DNA from: Promethearchaeia archaeon
GTDB lineage: Archaea > Asgardarchaeota > Lokiarchaeia > Sigyniarchaeales > SOKP01
Reading direction: 5' to 3'
DNA: 19,120 bases
Assembly: GCA_029856105.1 (NCBI GenBank)
Contig: JAHQWH010000195.1
Location: forward strand, 1 to 19,120
In this document: positions 15,449-19,120 of the stretch, piece by piece
Position numbering within the stretch: the stretch's first letter is position 1
Layout of the letters: every line of letters starts with the position of its first letter
Translations under genes and position numbers: made by a program
Notes under the pieces: generated by a model
What the model was told of the DNA's origin: nothing
Seen by the model: only the letters and a program-made list of their open reading frames with translations
Database searches by the model: none

Positions 15449-16372
15449 TTATAATTTTGAGAGAATGAGTTTTAATCTTGCATATATTTTGTTAATAGCC
15501 TGACTGGCCACTGATTCCGGGGCATATTCTACGACAGGTTCTGCGTAAGACATAGCTTTAGGAATAGATAAATCAAAATTAATTCTACCTAAAATATCAA
15601 AACCTGCTTTATCAATGTATTTGTTTAATAGCTTTTGGCTCGCGCTTTTTAAATCTGCTTTATTAATCACAATCCCGAAAGGAATGTTAAACTGGTTAAC
15701 CATCTCAATCGCTCGTTTCATATCGTGCAATCCTGAGGGAGTTGGCTCTGTTATTGCAACTATATAGTCTAGACCTGAAACTGTAGCAATTACGGGACAA
15801 CCAATTCCTGGAGGTCCATCAATTAAAATAAGATTTGCATCGTTGAACTCTTTGAGATTTGTAGCGTGCTGCTTAACTTCTGAAACTAATAATCCCGAAG
15901 TGGTGCTCCCTAGCTTAGTTTTGCCGTAAATTAAAGGAAATCCCGCATCTGTTTCATATGTTATTATTTCTCCACTTTTAACCGAATTGATTTCAAACGC
16001 ATCCTCAGGGCATAAAACTCTACACGCTCCACAACCTTCACAAGCTAAATAATCGATAACAGGAATGTTATTGTCCTCATCCCAATTTAACGCTTTAAAT
16101 TCGCAAAAATGGTCGTCATAACATTGTTTGCAATTCACGCATTTTTCCTCTAAGAATGTGGCCTTTTTTGTAGTAAACGTGTCTTGAGTTAGTACGTCTT
16201 CCTTAGATTTCGGTGGTAGTATTAAGGCTAAATTAGGGGCATCCACATCGCAATCTAATATAATAAGATTAATGTCCTGATCTTTATGTGCTATGCTTGC
16301 TAGAGAAGCTACGAGCGATGTTTTCCCAACACCTCCCTTTCCAGAAATCACAGCAATCTTTTTTCTATTCAC
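15449..16372 (-). CDS. MinD-superfamily P-loop ATPase with inserted ferredoxin domain (COG1149)
   Basis: SGKGGVGKT, DCDVDAPN, CVNCKQC....C, CEGCGACRVLCP, DGPPGIGCP, TEPT and NKAD motifs; GTG start overlaps the upstream stop. Confidence 0.92.
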   Translation of the reverse strand: MNRKKIAVISGKGGVGKTSLVASLASIAHKDQDINLIILDCDVDAPNLALILPPKSKEDVLTQDTFTTKKATFLEEKCVNCKQCYDDHFCEFKALNWDEDNNIPVIDYLACEGCGACRVLCPEDAFEINSVKSGEIITYETDAGFPLIYGKTKLGSTTSGLLVSEVKQHATNLKEFNDANLILIDGPPGIGCPVIATVSGLDYIVAITEPTPSGLHDMKRAIEMVNQFNIPFGIVINKADLKSASQKLLNKYIDKAGFDILGRINFDLSIPKAMSYAEPVVEYAPESVASQAINKIYARLKLILSKL

Positions 16373-17286
16373 TTTGAAATTTCACCCCATTTTATTAGAT
16401 TCTCAAAAATTATTTCAAACGATTTGTAGCCTGCTCCATCCCTATCAAATTTGCTTTTTTCTTCCATTAACGGAATACCTTGACAATACGAACTAACAAT
16501 TTCTTCGTCTAAAGGAATGTCGCCTAAAATTTCTATACCAATTTCTTCTAATTCTTTCAAAAATTTATCTTTGTAACCTAACAACGACGATCGATTCACA
16601 ATAGCCTTGTGTTCTTTCTTCAATAAATCAATCAATTCTATAATTCTTAACAAATCAAGCTTTCCGAATCTCGTAGGTTCTGTAACTGGTATGACAAGAT
16701 CAGCCCCACTAAGTAATTCTTCTACGTCGCAATGGGCTCCAGGCGCAGTATCCAATATAACGATGTCGTATTTTTCTGGTTCTGTTTTTATAACATTTTC
16801 TAAATTTTCCATCAATTTATTTACAATTACGGCTGAGCGCGCTTCTGCTGGTTTTAATTCGCCTAGAAAAAGATCTATGTTAAATGCGGAGGCCGTGTAA
16901 GTCCATCCAATAACTTTTAAATCCGGTTCAATTGCATTAGTCGGACAAATCTTATAGCATAATTTGCAACCTGAACAAACTGTCGATATTGGAATTGGAT
17001 AGGAATCTTTGATGTATAAGAGTGCGTGTGTTTCACAATTTTCTGCGCACAATCCACACTTAGTACATTTATCTTCTATTATTTTTGGTAGGAAATAAAG
17101 AACTTCCGTTTTATTCTTAAGCTTTGCGTTTAATAATAAATAAGTATTCGGGTTCTCAACATCTCCGTCGATAAGAAGTACTTTAAAACCACGATTCTTA
17201 AACAATATTGCCAAATTCACGGCAACCAGCGTTTTCCCCGTCCCGCCCTTGCCACCTGTAACACAAATGATTTTAGGTTCGACCAT
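16369..17286 (-). CDS. MinD-superfamily P-loop ATPase with inserted ferredoxin domain (COG1149), paralog
   Basis: GGKGGTGKT, DGDVENPN, CTKCGLCAENC, CSGCKLCYKICP, DTAPGAHC and VTEPT motifs. Confidence 0.92.
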   Translation of the reverse strand: MVEPKIICVTGGKGGTGKTLVAVNLAILFKNRGFKVLLIDGDVENPNTYLLLNAKLKNKTEVLYFLPKIIEDKCTKCGLCAENCETHALLYIKDSYPIPISTVCSGCKLCYKICPTNAIEPDLKVIGWTYTASAFNIDLFLGELKPAEARSAVIVNKLMENLENVIKTEPEKYDIVILDTAPGAHCDVEELLSGADLVIPVTEPTRFGKLDLLRIIELIDLLKKEHKAIVNRSSLLGYKDKFLKELEEIGIEILGDIPLDEEIVSSYCQGIPLMEEKSKFDRDGAGYKSFEIIFENLIKWGEISK

Positions 17287-17338
17287 TTTTAGCCTTGCTT
17301 TTTATAAATAAGTTATTTAAATTAATATTATTAGTTAG

Positions 17339-17794
17339 TTAAAATTGTCTTCCTTGACCGCCACCGCCACCGCCCATTCCTCGACCGCCACCGCCCATTC
17401 CTCGACCTCCGCCTCCACCCATACCTGCGTGAGCTCCAACGTTTGAAGTCGCAAGAACTTGCAATTTACCACCTAAAAGCAAATCTATTAATTCTTTCAC
17501 AGTTCCACCTTGTGATTGATAAATTTTAATATTTAAAGCGCTTAAAGAATTCGACGCGTTAGGACCTAAATTGCCTACAATGACCTCTGTGGCTCCGTTA
17601 TTACCAATAATTTGAGCAGCTTGAATTCCCGCACCACCCATCGCACCTTGCGCAGCGTTTGCAACGGATTTAACTTCTACTATTTCGTTATTCTCAATTG
17701 TAACAAACGTGAAGCTAGAGCACCTTCCAAAACGATTATTCATAACCTCATTCAAGCCTTTATCTCCAAATGTAGGAATACCAACTATTACCAT
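17339..17794 (-). CDS. NifB/NifX-family (dinitrogenase FeMo-cofactor biosynthesis-like, COG1433) protein with Gly/Arg-rich tail
   Basis: RFGRC, GGAGIQAAQ and GNLGPNA motifs; C-terminal GMGGGGGRGMGGGGRGMGGGGGGQGR. Confidence 0.9.
   Translation of the reverse strand: MVIVGIPTFGDKGLNEVMNNRFGRCSSFTFVTIENNEIVEVKSVANAAQGAMGGAGIQAAQIIGNNGATEVIVGNLGPNASNSLSALNIKIYQSQGGTVKELIDLLLGGKLQVLATSNVGAHAGMGGGGGRGMGGGGRGMGGGGGGQGRQF
17363..17404. repeat. Two perfect tandem 21-bp repeats (ACCGCCACCGCCCATTCCTCG), encoding RGMGGGG on the minus strand
   Basis: Read directly from the sequence; flanked by degenerate partial copies. Confidence 0.9.
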
Positions 17795-18033
17795 TTTTTA
17801 TATATCACCTTTTTTAGTATGATTAAACTAAATTTTGATAGAATTTAAATTTTTTTGAATAATTATCAAAAATGATTTCCTCTAAATAATTATAATTTAT
17901 AAGCATCTTGTTTAAAAATAGATTTGATTTTAAGTTAAGAATAACAAAAAGTTAGGAAAGGTTTAAATTTCCTTAAGATTACCTTATTTTGAGCTATAAT
18001 TTCTAAAAGTATGATTTAGAACATCATAGTTTT

Positions 18034-18426
18034 TTATCTTTGCCCCATTTCAGCACCTTTTATAAGCTCTGCTGATTTGGTCATATTTAATTTTCCATCT
18101 AGGTAAAGATTCGTTAATTCTTTTATTGTAATTTCTTGATCAGGTCCTTGAAACGTTTTAATATTCAAGGAACTTAATGCTTTGGAAGCATTTGGTCCTA
18201 ATTTGCTAACAATTAACTTATTACCGCCATTATCCTTAATCAATTTAGCTGATTGCGTACCAGCACCTCCTGGTTCGTCAGCTGCAAAATTTTTGATTAC
18301 TTTAACTTGTATAATTTCATTATTATCTAAGGTTATAAATGTAAAGCTGTCACATCTACCAAATTTGAGATGGAAAATCTCATTTAATCCTCCTTCTCTA
18401 TAACTCGGTACTGCTATTATTTCCAT
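18034..18426 (-). CDS. NifB/NifX-family protein (COG1433), paralog lacking the Gly-rich tail
   Basis: KFGRC, GGAGTQSA and LGPNA motifs; clearly paralogous to 17339-17794. Confidence 0.88.
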   Translation of the reverse strand: MEIIAVPSYREGGLNEIFHLKFGRCDSFTFITLDNNEIIQVKVIKNFAADEPGGAGTQSAKLIKDNGGNKLIVSKLGPNASKALSSLNIKTFQGPDQEITIKELTNLYLDGKLNMTKSAELIKGAEMGQR

Positions 18427-18653
18427 ATTGGTTTTACCTTTTTTTTTAAAAACTTTTAATTAGCTCGAATTATATTTTGATTCATTTCTATAAAAGTTTA
18501 CTTATTGCATAACATAAGCTTAATTATAGCTTTTAATTATAAATGAAATTGCTAAAAGTATAGATTAGATTATACATATTATTATTATTATAGGTTTTTA
18601 AGTATCTTAAATCATATTAAAGCTTTAGTAGTACAATCGGTTGGGGATAATAT

Positions 18654-19120
18654 ATGGGTGCTTTAAGGAAAATATTATATAAAATTTGCATAGTAGGAGA
18701 CGGAGGCGTCGGTAAAACTACTATTCTTCACCAGTATGTTGATGGCAAGTTCGTAGAAGATACTCAACTGACTATAGGAACAAATTTTTTTATAAAAGAT
18801 ATCATTTTAAAAGAATTTGATGTGAGTATCAAATTGCAGATTTGGGACCTTGGGGGACAAGATTATTTTGCTGCGATCCGCTCGAGTTTTTATAATGGAG
18901 CGAGGGGAATTATTTATGTGTTTGATTTGACGAGATTAAGTACTTTTAACAATTTAATTGATTGGAAAAACGAAGTTAATAATGGTGTGACAGAAGAATT
19001 CTCTAGGGTTTTAGTTGGAAACAAATTAGATTTAATCAACGAAGAAGATCGGGAAATAAATCTTGAAAATGTTTTGCTCATGAAAGAACAATTGAGTGTT
19101 TCAGAATACTTCGAAACGAG
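18654..19120 (+). CDS. Rab-like small GTPase (Ras superfamily), partial, runs off the right edge; missing from the ORF track
   Basis: Manual translation: MGALRKILYKICIVGDGGVGKTT...TIGTNF...KLQIWDLGGQ...FYNGARG..YVFDLT..STF...W...LVGNKLDL...YFET. G1 to G4 and the start of G5 are present, with Rab-like IGxxF and KLQIW motifs. Confidence 0.95.
   Translation, partial: MGALRKILYKICIVGDGGVGKTTILHQYVDGKFVEDTQLTIGTNFFIKDIILKEFDVSIKLQIWDLGGQDYFAAIRSSFYNGARGIIYVFDLTRLSTFNNLIDWKNEVNNGVTEEFSRVLVGNKLDLINEEDREINLENVLLMKEQLSVSEYFET

Noticed and set aside
17954-17973. Inverted repeat AGGAAA-N8-TTTCCT between the two NifX-like genes
   Set aside because: The arms are only 6 bp in very AT-rich DNA and I saw no second copy, so it cannot be distinguished from chance.
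3140-18403. Short opposite-strand ORFs in the track (3140, 5705, 6187, 6782, 7136, 8081, 8818, 9379, 9901, 10202, 14151, 16293, 16607, 17612, 18182)
   Set aside because: All overlap well-supported genes on the opposite strand and have no recognisable motifs, so they are treated as shadow ORFs.
17339-18426. Nitrogen fixation genes
   Set aside because: These are stand-alone NifB/NifX-family domains beside COG1149 ATPases; no nifHDK is present.
18516-18540. AAGCT...AGCTT palindrome and short AGCTT(TT)AATTAT direct repeat in the divergent promoter region
   Set aside because: Too short and AT-rich to support a regulatory call.

Overview
AT-rich archaeal genomic window, most likely from an Asgard archaeon (Lokiarchaeia-like). 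This is inferred from a Rab-like small GTPase at the right edge, archaeal fwd genes, an MNT-HEPN pair and oligo-T terminators. Left to right: (1) a minus-strand cluster of a radical SAM/SPASM enzyme resembling the PlpX/PcpX 'splicease' clade, three tandem paralogous ~82-aa membrane peptides and a translationally coupled SAM methyltransferase that runs off the left edge; this candidate archaeal RiPP-like system is the most interesting part. (2) An MBL-fold hydrolase, an MscL channel whose cytoplasmic helix appears to be at the N-terminus, and a MoxR/CoxD AAA+ ATPase plus CoxE-like VWA pair. (3) A fwdG-B-D-A-like operon with several canonical catalytic motifs substituted. (4) A divergent non-pyrrolysine MttB methyltransferase and PIG-L deacetylase, an MNT-HEPN module flanked by 41-bp imperfect direct repeats, and an MFS (GPH) transporter. 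(5) Two COG1149 MinD/ferredoxin ATPases with two NifB/NifX-family proteins, then a partial Rab-like GTPase. No rRNA, tRNA, CRISPR array or transposase was seen. All family calls come from motif recognition without database searches.
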